The position numbers and the translations under genes were made by a program. DNA of 64,000 nucleotides from Pyrodictiaceae archaeon (GTDB taxonomy: Archaea; Thermoproteota; Thermoprotei_A; Sulfolobales; Pyrodictiaceae), in NCBI GenBank assembly GCA_027036135.1, contig JALVSY010000007.1, forward strand, positions 260,880-324,879, written 5' to 3'. A model generated the notes under the pieces. It worked only from the letters and a program-made list of their open reading frames with translations. It made no database searches and was not told where the DNA came from. Shown in pieces: positions 37,605 to 47,647 of this stretch. Position 1 is the stretch's first letter; each line of letters opens with the position of its first letter.

Positions 37605-38469
37605 GTTTGCACTCCTCCTCAATGTACTTGTTATAGGCTATACATGCTGTTTCCTCGGGCTGTAACATGGATATATTGCCTAATTTGAGACCAAGGTCGC
37701 TAAGTAATATGCTTAGTAGGGCTTGTGCGTTCTCAGCCTCTGGCCAGCACTGCCTCTCCTCCATAAGTAATTTACACCCAATAACTACTTCGGCATAGTT
37801 ATTACGCGTTATGAGTGCTATGTTCTTCACCGCGCCAGTATTCTCAAAGTCCAGTGCTTCCGCGACTCTAAGTAATGTGAAGCATGTTTTACTTAGTACA
37901 TTCCTTTGAGTAGCGATGAACGTGTATAGTTCCTGTATACATCTTAGCATCTTGGGTCTCGTAGCGCTGAGTTGTATCGCTATGTCGATTCCTATCTCTA
38001 ATACTGTTGATTTATGGGCATCACCGCCCGTAAATGCACTGTTAAGGAATCTTTGTGACTCGTTAACTAAGTCTATACCTGCATTCCGGATATATGATAA
38101 ATGTATAAGAGAGCGGGCATGAAGAGGAGAAGAGAGCTTGTATAAGGAGACCTCATCCAGGCTTGCTCCGAGAAATATTAGTCTATAAGCTTCTTGAAGC
38201 AAGTGAAGTTGATCATATCCTTCCATAACCACTATACCAGTGAAGCTTCTTTCATGTATCCACCTAGTGATACCAAGCAGAGAGAATAGAGTAGGCGAGT
38301 CCGTAATGCTTAGGGGATAGATTTCTGCATCAATTCCTACCTCTTTATAGAGTCTTGCGCGCTCAACTATACGATAATCATCTGATACAAGTAGAACCGT
38401 CTTAGCGTCCTGGTATAAGGGGTCATTCAACGACATTAATTTCTTGAATACTATGTTAGCTATTCGCAT
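37567..38469 (-). CDS. hypothetical protein, likely an inactive DSP-fold plus HD-like helical domain
   Basis: 300-aa ORF overlapping the rnhB start; see findings for motif reasoning. Confidence 0.55.
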   Translation of the reverse strand: MRIANIVFKKLMSLNDPLYQDAKTVLLVSDDYRIVERARLYKEVGIDAEIYPLSITDSPTLFSLLGITRWIHERSFTGIVVMEGYDQLHLLQEAYRLIFLGASLDEVSLYKLSSPLHARSLIHLSYIRNAGIDLVNESQRFLNSAFTGGDAHKSTVLEIGIDIAIQLSATRPKMLRCIQELYTFIATQRNVLSKTCFTLLRVAEALDFENTGAVKNIALITRNNYAEVVIGCKLLMEERQCWPEAENAQALLSILLSDLGLKLGNISMLQPEETACIAYNKYIEEECKREDIQETIHWYR

Positions 38470-38605
38470 TACGAAACACCTAAGGATTCAGTCAAGTATG
38501 CGCTCTTCATCGGCTCTACGCCTAAGCTCCCGGATTCCACATCACGAACCATGCTCTCCATCAAATCGGGTAACCATAGTAGCCTTAATTACGTTGCTCT
38601 CTTAC

Positions 38606-40528
38606 TTAGCGCCCAGCTACCTCCGAGGCACGTTCACTTGCCTCAGCTTTCTCCGGTATACCAGCTGCTATATACGGCATCAATGCCTGCGCAACATCCT
38701 CAAACACAATTACGCCCCTATACCGATAGGAGCGATCAACTACTATCACATAGTCTACTCCATGCGCTACCATTTCTTCTAGGACGCGGATGAAGGGATC
38801 ATTCTCTCTTACTATTGGGGCGTTTATTAAGGAGACCTCTATGACTGCCTGCGATGATCTCATCATGTATCCTAGGTCCAGGCCTACATAGGCCGGGTCT
38901 AGAACACCCACGACACGATTATTGTCATCAACTATTGGTATTATCTTCTGCCCTGTCTGTACCATGATCTTCGCTGCATCCCTTAATGTTGCGTGCCAAT
39001 TCACTGGCGTAAAGCGCTTAACCAGGCTCAGTATAGTTACATTAATTCTCCCTATTTCACCGCTTCTTAGCATTTGCAGAAGAGATTCAGCTGTAAAGAC
39101 TGTCGGCGGTAATGGCTTCTTGAGGGCAGCTGTAGCAAATGTAACTCCACGTGTAGCTATAGCTGATGTTAAAGATGCTATAAGGGCTGGTACTATTAGG
39201 GCAGGTGTGCCAGCTATCTCTGCGACAAAGAAGGCTAGTCCTATTGGAGCCTTATAGGCGGCACCAGCCAAAGAAGCCATTCCTATATATGCATATATAA
39301 CAGCTTGTACCCCTAAATACCGACCTAGAGTTACGCCTACAAATTGTCCAACCATGGCACCTATGAAGAGGCTTGGAGTAAGTAGCCCCCCGCTAAGCCC
39401 GCTCCCAACAGTTAAGCTTGTTGCAATAATTTTCATTATAGCTAGTACAAGTAATATAACCAATAAGTTATAATGCATCCCTATCAATTCTTGTACTTCT
39501 CTTCCATGCGAGAAAGCACTTAATAAATCGCTTAGAAGTTCCTCTCCGGTCCCTAATATGGCGGGAACAAATATACCTATAACACCTACTATACTTGCTC
39601 CTATAATCGGCTTTAAATAGATACTAAGATTTCTTCTCTCTATAATATTGTTGAACCACCTCTTTGCTGTGAAGAAGAACTTTACAAAAACGAAAGCGAA
39701 AAACGCCTCAATTAATCCCAGCACTATATATGAGCCCAGAGCACCAAGACTATATAATGAGATTATATTAGCTATGTGCAATGAAGGAAGCTTATATTCA
39801 GGCCCTAGTATATGAAGAGACAAAGCATACGCTATCGTTGAGGCAAGCAATGCAGGAGGAAGAGCTGCAGCCTCTAGTACGTCCTCGTAGAGAAGCTCCG
39901 TGGCAAATATTGCAGCACCTACCGGGCTCTGAAATATGAATGAAAGAGCCGCAGCAGCGCCTGCTATTAAGGCTATTCTTCTCTCTTCTATACCCAAGTG
40001 TAGCGAAGTTGCTGTAAAAGAACCTACTGAGCCACCTATTTGTATGGCTGGTCCTTCGGGACCAGCACTCCCCCCAGTGCCGAGAACTAAAGCAGACGCA
40101 ATAGTTTTAATTGCTGCTATGCGGCCCCTTAATGTCCCCGCCTTGAAATGATAAGCCTCTATAACACTTTCTGCGCCAGCTCCCTCGGCTTCGGGTTCAA
40201 ACGTATATACTATAAAAGATGATGCAGCAGCACCTATGAGTAGTACTAAAGGAATTAGAAATTTTTTCCTAGAATGGATAGCTATTAGCGAATAATCGGT
40301 GAGAGCCCTATGAAGAAGTATCCCATGAAGCTGCGCACTAAGGGCCACTATGTCTTTAAGCATCCAATAGAATACACCTATCGCGAGCGAAGCAGCAATA
40401 GCTGTAATAGTGCTTATGAAGAGCCAGCGCTCAACATAGCCGAGACGAAGGACTATGCTATTAACTAGGCTCGTGACCCGGCGAAGCAACATACTGTAGC
40501 CGCCTTGGTATCTGCTGTGTCCCCCCAC
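38606..40528 (-). CDS. ClC chloride channel/antiporter with C-terminal CBS domains (start may be ATG 40492)
   Basis: GGSAGPEGP (gating Glu), GLSGGLLTP, multiple TM helices and a CBS pair. Confidence 0.92.
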   Translation of the reverse strand: MGGHSRYQGGYSMLLRRVTSLVNSIVLRLGYVERWLFISTITAIAASLAIGVFYWMLKDIVALSAQLHGILLHRALTDYSLIAIHSRKKFLIPLVLLIGAAASSFIVYTFEPEAEGAGAESVIEAYHFKAGTLRGRIAAIKTIASALVLGTGGSAGPEGPAIQIGGSVGSFTATSLHLGIEERRIALIAGAAAALSFIFQSPVGAAIFATELLYEDVLEAAALPPALLASTIAYALSLHILGPEYKLPSLHIANIISLYSLGALGSYIVLGLIEAFFAFVFVKFFFTAKRWFNNIIERRNLSIYLKPIIGASIVGVIGIFVPAILGTGEELLSDLLSAFSHGREVQELIGMHYNLLVILLVLAIMKIIATSLTVGSGLSGGLLTPSLFIGAMVGQFVGVTLGRYLGVQAVIYAYIGMASLAGAAYKAPIGLAFFVAEIAGTPALIVPALIASLTSAIATRGVTFATAALKKPLPPTVFTAESLLQMLRSGEIGRINVTILSLVKRFTPVNWHATLRDAAKIMVQTGQKIIPIVDDNNRVVGVLDPAYVGLDLGYMMRSSQAVIEVSLINAPIVRENDPFIRVLEEMVAHGVDYVIVVDRSYRYRGVIVFEDVAQALMPYIAAGIPEKAEASERASEVAGR

Positions 40529-40604
40529 TCCACCGTACCCGAGTATAACCGCTAACTAGAAGAAGGAGATAGAATAACTAAACCCTCGTCACGAAGAATG
40601 AGAG

Positions 40605-41198
40605 GTGGCAGCCGCAATGGCGGGGATGATTGATTTAGCGAGACTCCTTTCCGGCCAGGACCTAGAAGAGGCAAGGAAAACCATAGAGGGCGGAGAAGCA
40701 GAGTTCAAGGTATATGCACTTCCCCGCCCCCGTTTGAAGATAAGAACGCCTAAGAAGAGGCTCATGGAGCTAGAAGAGGGCAAGATAGCTAGGCTCGAGT
40801 ACTCCTTGGTTAGGGCAACTATATCAGCTGCCCTTGATGGGAGAAAACCATCATTCAAGGACGTGGCTACACTGGCTGGCGACTACAAGGCAGCTGCTGC
40901 ATACCTAGCATTCCTCTGGAGAACCGGCCTAGTTGTATTCGATAGCCAGGAAGCTGCAATGAACCTTTATATAGCATCAAGTGCTCTGAGCCAGAAAACA
41001 TACGAACATAGAATCTCGAAAGTACTTGGTGCAACATTCAGTATCAACACAGAGAAAGTAGCTAGGCTGCCAAGCGACACCATATACTGTGTGTACCGGG
41101 AAGGAACACTGGGATGTAAGTATATTGTAGCTAGTTGTGCCAGAAGCCAAGCCAAAGCAGAGATAAGAGGAATTACAGATACTCTCTTAAAGAAATAA
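40605..41198 (+). CDS. conserved hypothetical protein (start GTG 40605 or ATG 40617)
   Basis: 197-aa ORF with a GAGAGG RBS-like sequence and genome-like codon usage; possible helix-turn-helix region (PSFKDVATLAGD). Confidence 0.65.
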   Translation: MAAAMAGMIDLARLLSGQDLEEARKTIEGGEAEFKVYALPRPRLKIRTPKKRLMELEEGKIARLEYSLVRATISAALDGRKPSFKDVATLAGDYKAAAAYLAFLWRTGLVVFDSQEAAMNLYIASSALSQKTYEHRISKVLGATFSINTEKVARLPSDTIYCVYREGTLGCKYIVASCARSQAKAEIRGITDTLLKK

Positions 41199-41348
41199 AT
41201 GTAGTGAAGCTATCAAAGCTAATATAAGGTTACGAAATGATTTTTATTCAAACAACGCTACAGTTGCTTTAATTACTCCAACACCCATTGACTGCTACAG
41301 CATATCAAGAACATAGGCTATAATTGTATAAAGAGTGAGGGGGACTAC

Positions 41349-42008
41349 ATGGTGGAACTGGTCTGGTGGGGCCATGCTTGCTTTGAGATAAAATGCTGCA
41401 ACAAGTCATTGCTAATAGACCCACATGATGGAGGAAGCCTCGGCCCCGGATTCCAGCCACCTAGGGCTAAGCCAGATTATATTCTTGTAACCCACGAGCA
41501 CTACGACCATAACGCTGTTGAGTCTGTTCAAAGAGGCAGTACTATTGTTGTGAGGGAGAGAGTCGGAGAGTTCGAGCTAGGTCCTTTTAGGATTAGAGGT
41601 GTAAAGCTACCTCATGACGAGTTTGAGGGCAAGCTTAGAGGCTTTGTTGTAGCTTACCGAGTGGAAGTTGAGGGGCTGAGCATTACGCACTTAAGTGATG
41701 CTGGTAGGCCACCTAGGGAGGATGAATCACAGCTTCTGAGGGCCGACATTGCGCTTGCTCCTGCAGGTAATGTTTATACTATGCATCCCCGCAAAGCACT
41801 TGAAGCAGCCGCTGAGCTAGGTGCACGTGTACTCGTACCTATGCATTACTGGGTTCCTGGAATGCAGCTCCCCCTTGATCCTCTCGAAAACCTGCTAAGA
41901 TATGCTAAGAAATGGAGAGTTGTACGCTACGACTCTAACCAAGTAATGATTTCGAGGGACGAGCTACCCGATACACGTACAATACTTATCCTGTCATTGC
42001 CGCAATGA
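41349..42008 (+). CDS. metallo-beta-lactamase fold hydrolase
   Basis: WWGHACF, LIDPH, THEHYDH, VPMHYW. Confidence 0.9.
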   Translation: MVELVWWGHACFEIKCCNKSLLIDPHDGGSLGPGFQPPRAKPDYILVTHEHYDHNAVESVQRGSTIVVRERVGEFELGPFRIRGVKLPHDEFEGKLRGFVVAYRVEVEGLSITHLSDAGRPPREDESQLLRADIALAPAGNVYTMHPRKALEAAAELGARVLVPMHYWVPGMQLPLDPLENLLRYAKKWRVVRYDSNQVMISRDELPDTRTILILSLPQ

Positions 42009-42769
42009 CACGGGATGATGCAGGAGTGGAGTGCGGCAATCCGGTCCTTGAAGTGAATAACGTTGTTAAGAAGTTTAAAAGAGGACCTACTATCGGGCCT
42101 ATCTCTTTCACTGTTTCGCGTGGCGAGATCTTTGCCCTAATAGGGCCCAATGGTGCGGGAAAGACGACAACTATACGCATGATTACCGGAATATATAGGC
42201 CTGATGCTGGCTACGTCAAGGTATGTGGTTCGGTTGCACAACGAGGATTTGTGGCATATGTTCCGGAGGAGTCAGCTGTTTATCCTAGGCTAACAGGGTA
42301 TGAGCACTTGTATTTCTATGCGAAACTGTACTATAGTGATAAGCGCCGAGTACGCTTGATAGTTGAGCGAGCAGCTAGTATCTCGGGGCTAGGCGATAAC
42401 CTTCGTAGAAAGGTTGGAGAGTACAGTAAGGGTATGAAGCGTCGCCTCTTGGTGGCACTAGCGTTAGCTCTTGATACGCCATTACTCGTACTAGATGAGC
42501 CTACATCTGGGCTCGATGTATATAGCTCTGTTGAGGTTAGGAGGCTTATACTCCGAGCTGCTAGGGATGGTAGGGCTATATTGCTTACGAGTCATAACAT
42601 GTTAGAGGTTGAGAGGCTTGCAACACGCGTAGGCTTCATTGCTAGGGGACAGCTTATAGATATTGGCGAGCCCCATGTACTAATCGAGCGATATGGTGGC
42701 AGGGACCTTGAAGAAGCCTTTGTGAATGCTGTGCAACGTGTGCTCGGTAAAACAATTGCCAAACGGTGA
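42005..42769 (+). CDS. ABC exporter ATP-binding protein (NatA-like)
   Basis: GPNGAGKTT, YSKGMKRR, LDEPTSGLD, SHNMLE. Confidence 0.92.
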   Translation: MTRDDAGVECGNPVLEVNNVVKKFKRGPTIGPISFTVSRGEIFALIGPNGAGKTTTIRMITGIYRPDAGYVKVCGSVAQRGFVAYVPEESAVYPRLTGYEHLYFYAKLYYSDKRRVRLIVERAASISGLGDNLRRKVGEYSKGMKRRLLVALALALDTPLLVLDEPTSGLDVYSSVEVRRLILRAARDGRAILLTSHNMLEVERLATRVGFIARGQLIDIGEPHVLIERYGGRDLEEAFVNAVQRVLGKTIAKR

Positions 42770-43968
42770 TAAGGGCGTTGAGGGCGTCGGTTATTGCGTG
42801 GAAAGAGATACTGGAATTTATAAGGGATAGAAGAAGCATTGCCCTTATGACTATCTCGGCATTTCTCTTTCCCCTATTAGGGCTCGTGATAACCGGGCTT
42901 CAAACTAAGCAAATGGCACGAGTTGCGATAATCGTGTGTGATAACGGAAGCTATGCAGAGAGCTTCTCTAAGAAACTAGTGGCAGCAATACATAGCACAC
43001 CAGGGCTTGTCCCAGTATTAGTTCAAGGCAAGTGCAGTTTTCCAGAAGACATAGTGGCAGCAATAATTATACCGAAAGGGTTCAGTATCAATGCATCCTC
43101 ACTTGACAAGCCCGTTTTCATAAAGTTTTATCGCGTTGTGGGTAAGGCTTCGGCTGACCAGGCTGCTAATGTTCTTAACTCCGTCGCTGCTTCGTTAGCA
43201 CAGAACATCTCTATACAGAGGATAAAAACAATAGCCAAGAGGGCCGGGTTATCGCTAAACCCGAACTATGTACGAAACCCCGTCTATCTCGTAACAGAGA
43301 GTATTAGTAGCAGTGGCGCCCCAGCACCGCCTAGCCTTATTAGGCGAGCTGATGTAGCAAGGTTCTTGGCCTTCTCTGTATTCTTCGTCTTGAACCCAGC
43401 CGCTATAGCTGTGGCTGACGCAATAACACGCGAAAGAGAGAGTGGAACTGGAGAGTTGTTAGCTATCTCGCCTATTACTGGGCTAGACCTTCTTCTGGGA
43501 AAAACTGCTGGCGCCCTAGTAGCAGCATCAATTGCTGGAGGGCTTGACGCGGCAGCGGTTATAGCATACGTCTACATGGTTCTTGGCGGTGTAGACCCGG
43601 GGCTCATACTTGTGCACGTAACTGGTGTTCTGCTAGCTGTCTTGGTAACAGCTGCATTCACCATGTTTATAACACTGGTTGTTCCAGGTCAGAGAGCGGC
43701 CACCCTCGTAGCTAGTCTAATAACGGGGCTTGCAACAATAGTGTTCCTCTCAGCGCTTTTCGTTGATTACAACACGCTGCCAATGCTTGTAAAGAGCATT
43801 TTCTATTCTATTCCCTATACCTACGTGGTCTTAGCGATTAAGGCCTATGCTCTTCAACAAGAATCGCTTGCCATCACTTATCTCGGCGTACTGCTTGCTT
43901 TAACAATAGCAGCCCTTATAGGTGCAGCGAGAGCTTATAAGCCAGAGCGCCTCGTTAAGAGAATATAG
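42766..43968 (+). CDS. ABC-2 type exporter permease (NatB-like)
   Basis: AWKEILEFIRDRR, ERESGTGELLAISP..LLLGK; six TM segments. Confidence 0.88.
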   Translation: MIRALRASVIAWKEILEFIRDRRSIALMTISAFLFPLLGLVITGLQTKQMARVAIIVCDNGSYAESFSKKLVAAIHSTPGLVPVLVQGKCSFPEDIVAAIIIPKGFSINASSLDKPVFIKFYRVVGKASADQAANVLNSVAASLAQNISIQRIKTIAKRAGLSLNPNYVRNPVYLVTESISSSGAPAPPSLIRRADVARFLAFSVFFVLNPAAIAVADAITRERESGTGELLAISPITGLDLLLGKTAGALVAASIAGGLDAAAVIAYVYMVLGGVDPGLILVHVTGVLLAVLVTAAFTMFITLVVPGQRAATLVASLITGLATIVFLSALFVDYNTLPMLVKSIFYSIPYTYVVLAIKAYALQQESLAITYLGVLLALTIAALIGAARAYKPERLVKRI

Positions 43969-44063
43969 GCCTAGTCTCATGGATGATGTTAACCCGATTG
44001 AACCCCCTGCGAGCCCCGCTGGCTATGAGCGAGGAGGCCAGGCTGACCAGCTATTGCCTTACT

Positions 44064-44915
44064 CTACCTTAGTACTACTATTACTTGTTTCCAGCCAGGT
44101 AATAGAGGATTGACCTCCAATAGCTCGTAACCCCCCTCTCGCATATACCTTGCCAACAATGTTAACGTTTCTCTCATATCCGTTAATGGTGGATGTACTT
44201 CAACGATTAGGCCTCTAATGCGGCCAGAACTTAGAAGACCAGTCCTAATACTATGCTCTATAACTTCTCGCTCCTCTCCCTCAATATCGAGCTTAAGTAG
44301 ATCAATACGCGCAATTTTATGAAAACGCATTAATTCTTCAAGCGTTATACAGGGCAGCGTTATCTTATCACTTACGTCCTCTTCCATCTCATCTAGGTAA
44401 AGAGGATTGGTTGAGGATAGGGCCCAGTACCTTGTCAATAATAGCTCGCGTGTACCCGGTTTACCGCACAAGAGCCTAGGCTCAACCCTACTAATATGCT
44501 CTAACTTGTTAGCTAGGAGATTCTCGTAAAGCACCCTACGTGCTAATGGACTTGGCTCAACAGAGATAATTAGCCCTTGTCGCTTCATCTCTAGGCCTGC
44601 TAGTACCGAGAAGAAGCCGAGAAAAGCACCAGCATCAATTATCGTTGCTCCTGGCCTGATTAAATCCGAGACTAGGTCAAGTCTATAATCATCTAGACAG
44701 AATATGTGCAGTAGATTAGCCCAAGCCTCTGGCATCTGGTTACAAGGAATTAATAGAATTGCTCCAAAATGATCTAACCTTATCCTTATATCCATGCCCG
44801 GCCTCTCGAAGCAATACCTTATATGCTTCTTTAAGAGACTAGCTATTCTGGCTCCTAGACATCTCTCAGTTATTGATACGAGCCACGCAATATATTCCTC
44901 GTCACCCATAGCCAT
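44064..44915 (-). CDS. FkbM family SAM-dependent methyltransferase
   Basis: IDAGAFLGFFS, SVEP, LLKLDIEGEE, VEVH. Confidence 0.9.
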   Translation of the reverse strand: MAMGDEEYIAWLVSITERCLGARIASLLKKHIRYCFERPGMDIRIRLDHFGAILLIPCNQMPEAWANLLHIFCLDDYRLDLVSDLIRPGATIIDAGAFLGFFSVLAGLEMKRQGLIISVEPSPLARRVLYENLLANKLEHISRVEPRLLCGKPGTRELLLTRYWALSSTNPLYLDEMEEDVSDKITLPCITLEELMRFHKIARIDLLKLDIEGEEREVIEHSIRTGLLSSGRIRGLIVEVHPPLTDMRETLTLLARYMREGGYELLEVNPLLPGWKQVIVVLR

Positions 44916-44966
44916 TTAGCGCGCACCTAGAATACTCAAGTACGACGTAACTACTTCATACAGTGT

Positions 44967-45032
44967 TGGGGATGAGGCCTGGGGGCTCCACGAGCCCTAA
45001 TGGCTATGAAGAGTAGTCCCATCACCGACCCT
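44967..45032 (+). ncRNA. C/D box guide sRNA
   Basis: C ATGAGGC (44972), guide CTGGGGGCTCC, D' ACGA, GCC/GGC hairpin, C' ATGAAGA (45006), guide GTAGTCCCATCA, D CCGA (45025), terminal GGG/CCC. Confidence 0.7.
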
Positions 45033-45132
45033 TTATTTATCTCCTTTCAATAGGCCTTTGTGGAAAACAAAGCCTTAGTATGCATAGGGGTTCCGAGCCC
45101 CCTATTAGGCTAGCAGAGTTATAGCTTCTATG

Positions 45133-45200
45133 AGGGTGTGATGAGCTGGGTCCTTGCGGTTGCCCTCTGAGTCTTGATGAGGGTTTCGCGCCCTGACCCT
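45133..45200 (+). ncRNA. C/D box guide sRNA
   Basis: C GTGATGA (45138), D' CTGA (45167), C' TTGATGA (45174), D CTGA (45193), terminal AGGG/CCCT. The D guide is antisense to recalled 16S GGCGCGAAACC. Confidence 0.9.
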
Positions 45201-45411
45201 AAGCATCTATGTTGTCTCATATCCGGATTCTACGCATGTAATTATCCCATGAACTATCAATTACTATTCAGCATTTTCATCAAAGAAGAAATCCATTAGC
45301 TGCGCTTACCTCTAAATAATACTAAGGAGCGATAACGCCTATATGGATGGGGAAGAGGGTAATTTTTAACTCTCTGGCCCTATACTTAGCGGTAATTGGA
45401 GTGGTGGGAGT

Positions 45412-46425
45412 ATGCTGTTACCACCTCTGACCTTAGAGGCAAGGGTACCTAGAAGGTTCAAAGAGCTAGCCGCTGCTGCGCAGGGCAAGCTAGGAGGAAT
45501 ATCTGGGCTAATAGAATTCTACAAGGACATGCTAATGGGTGCTGCAGAGCCCGGTCAAGCACCAAAGAAGATAAGCGAGATCGTTGGCGGCATAGTACGT
45601 GTAGAGATGCTTGGCGAGAAATACGTAGCACTTAAGAACTTCAGCATGAATGATCTCCTCTACTACCTACGCATGATGCAGAGTTTTGGACTAGTAAGAG
45701 TCGTCGCCTTCACAGAGGCACCTAGGAGGCTAAACGATGTCGCCCTGCAGCGAACACTACTAGGCGACACTGTGGTTAAGGCCGCTGATAGACCGGAAGC
45801 AGCCGTAATGCTTGGCTTCTACATGGGCGTAGTATTTGACACACCTGCTAGGCATACACTATTCGTAGGAAACGAGGCAGAAAGCATCATAGACATAGCT
45901 CTCGATGAGAGGTTTAAGAAGGCCTATGCGTACAACACAGTGCTAAGTGGACAAGCACTAATGCGGGCATCAGCAGAGCAAATGGTTGCAGGTGGTAGAG
46001 GAAGGCCATGGTATGAGCCGTTCAGTGACCTAAGCGGAATAGTGGCGCTCCTTGGCGCATTACAAGTAGCAAAGATAAGGCCATCTCCCGACAAGATTCT
46101 AGGCATTAGAGTACTAAGTAAGATAAAGAAGCAGGTACTAAAGCTCGTAGACCCGTATGGCGACTACATGCTAGCACGCGGCACGCTAGTCTTAGAGCTA
46201 GACAAGCTGATCAACGAGAGGGAGGAAGACCCAGTAGTAGGCGTCAAGTACGAGAAACTAGGCGTGGGAATGGCCAAGGACATATCATGGTTCAGAGGAA
46301 AGATACCAAGTAGAGCATATACAGCACTAGAGGCAGTAACAAAAGCTGTGAAGGAGAGAAGAGAAGAGATTAAGAAAGAGCTTGAACAGCTCTTCAACCT
46401 GACGTTCGGGTTTAAGAAAGAGTAA
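45412..46425 (+). CDS. hypothetical soluble protein, monocistronic
   Basis: 337-aa ORF with GGTGGGAG RBS, upstream TTTTTAA TATA-like box and a downstream T-tract. Confidence 0.8.
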   Translation: MLLPPLTLEARVPRRFKELAAAAQGKLGGISGLIEFYKDMLMGAAEPGQAPKKISEIVGGIVRVEMLGEKYVALKNFSMNDLLYYLRMMQSFGLVRVVAFTEAPRRLNDVALQRTLLGDTVVKAADRPEAAVMLGFYMGVVFDTPARHTLFVGNEAESIIDIALDERFKKAYAYNTVLSGQALMRASAEQMVAGGRGRPWYEPFSDLSGIVALLGALQVAKIRPSPDKILGIRVLSKIKKQVLKLVDPYGDYMLARGTLVLELDKLINEREEDPVVGVKYEKLGVGMAKDISWFRGKIPSRAYTALEAVTKAVKERREEIKKELEQLFNLTFGFKKE

Positions 46426-46447
46426 TGCATATTCTAAAGCTATAATA

Positions 46448-46456
46448 TTTTTTCTT
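46448..46456 (+). terminator. oligo-T archaeal terminator candidate
   Basis: TTTTTTCTT about 22 nt after the stop of 45412..46425. Confidence 0.4.
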
Positions 46457-46623
46457 AAACAAAAATAGTATTTCTTCATACTTCTATATTATTAGAACAA
46501 AACGCGTTCATGGCTTACTTGTTACGTCTTATATAGCGGGATAATATAAGCATTTCTAGTAAGAACTTAGTGCTCAAAAGTTAATTGTAATACCGCTCTT
46601 ACCTAGAGCGGGGTTCTAGTAGC

Positions 46624-47631
46624 TTGGTTGAGATAGAGACGCCTGCGATAGTGACCGAGACTGGTGCTATACTACTAGGCGAGTTTATATCAGTGGATGG
46701 CCATCATCCTAGGCGCAAGATACGTGTAGTGACACATATTCACGAGGATCATATAAGAGGGCTAGGCAGGAGTATACGTGAGTCTGATTTTATTGCTGCA
46801 ACCCCTCTTACACTTGATTTACTGGATGTGATGGGGCATAAGATTCCGCCTATGAAGCGCTTAGAGATGCCATACAATGTTAGGGTACGGATAGAAGATG
46901 ACATTCTCCGGCTCTTACGTGCAAGACACATCCCGGGCGCTGCCGAGGTACTAGTTGAGCTCGGTAATGGACTTACTGTTGGTTATACAGGTGATTTCAA
47001 GCTGCCCGGTACCGATATCATGCGTGAACTCGATGTCCTCGTTATAGATGCGACCTATGGGTTAGAGGAGCATACGAGGCCCTGGCAAGAGGAAATGGAG
47101 TACCTATTGGCCGACATTGTTCGTGAAGGACTTATGCAGGGCCCAGTTCACCTCTATGCCTATAATGGTAAAGTTGAGGAAGTCATGATTATTCTTAGAA
47201 GATTTGACATAGATGCGCCATTTATCGTTAGTACGCGGACTTATCGCCTGGCTAGGATAATGTGTAAGCATGGATATTGCATCGACAATATATATACCTA
47301 TAGAAGCAAAGCAGCCGAGGAAGCAGCCCGAGAAGGATACTATATCAGGTTTCATCATTACTCGTCCTGGTGGCGTTACGGGAGAAACGGGCAGGGTACC
47401 CACATACTCCTTACGGGATGGGAGCTACGAGAGCCTTATAGAAGACTCTCTCCAAGGGAGTGGATAGTATCGTTTAGTGATCACGCTGATTTCCGGCAAC
47501 TTATTAGCTATGTTGAGGAAGCAAAGCCTAAGATGCTCTTAGTTGACGCGTATAGAGGTGGGCGAGCTGCTTATTTCTTTGCAGACTATGTGTCCAAGAG
47601 ACTGGGTATAAAGGCTGCTGCCATGCCCTAG
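46624..47631 (+). CDS. metallo-beta-lactamase/beta-CASP-like exonuclease
   Basis: THIHEDH, HIPGA, YTGDF, DATYG, FSDHADF. Confidence 0.88.
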   Translation: MVEIETPAIVTETGAILLGEFISVDGHHPRRKIRVVTHIHEDHIRGLGRSIRESDFIAATPLTLDLLDVMGHKIPPMKRLEMPYNVRVRIEDDILRLLRARHIPGAAEVLVELGNGLTVGYTGDFKLPGTDIMRELDVLVIDATYGLEEHTRPWQEEMEYLLADIVREGLMQGPVHLYAYNGKVEEVMIILRRFDIDAPFIVSTRTYRLARIMCKHGYCIDNIYTYRSKAAEEAAREGYYIRFHHYSSWWRYGRNGQGTHILLTGWELREPYRRLSPREWIVSFSDHADFRQLISYVEEAKPKMLLVDAYRGGRAAYFFADYVSKRLGIKAAAMP

Positions 47632-47647
47632 AGGCGGGTGCTAAGAA

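Noticed and set aside
38606-40604. Fluoride exporter (CLC-F) with a fluoride riboswitch
   Set aside because: The channel has GPEGP rather than the GNNLI/GREG CLC-F signatures, and no riboswitch motif is evident upstream.
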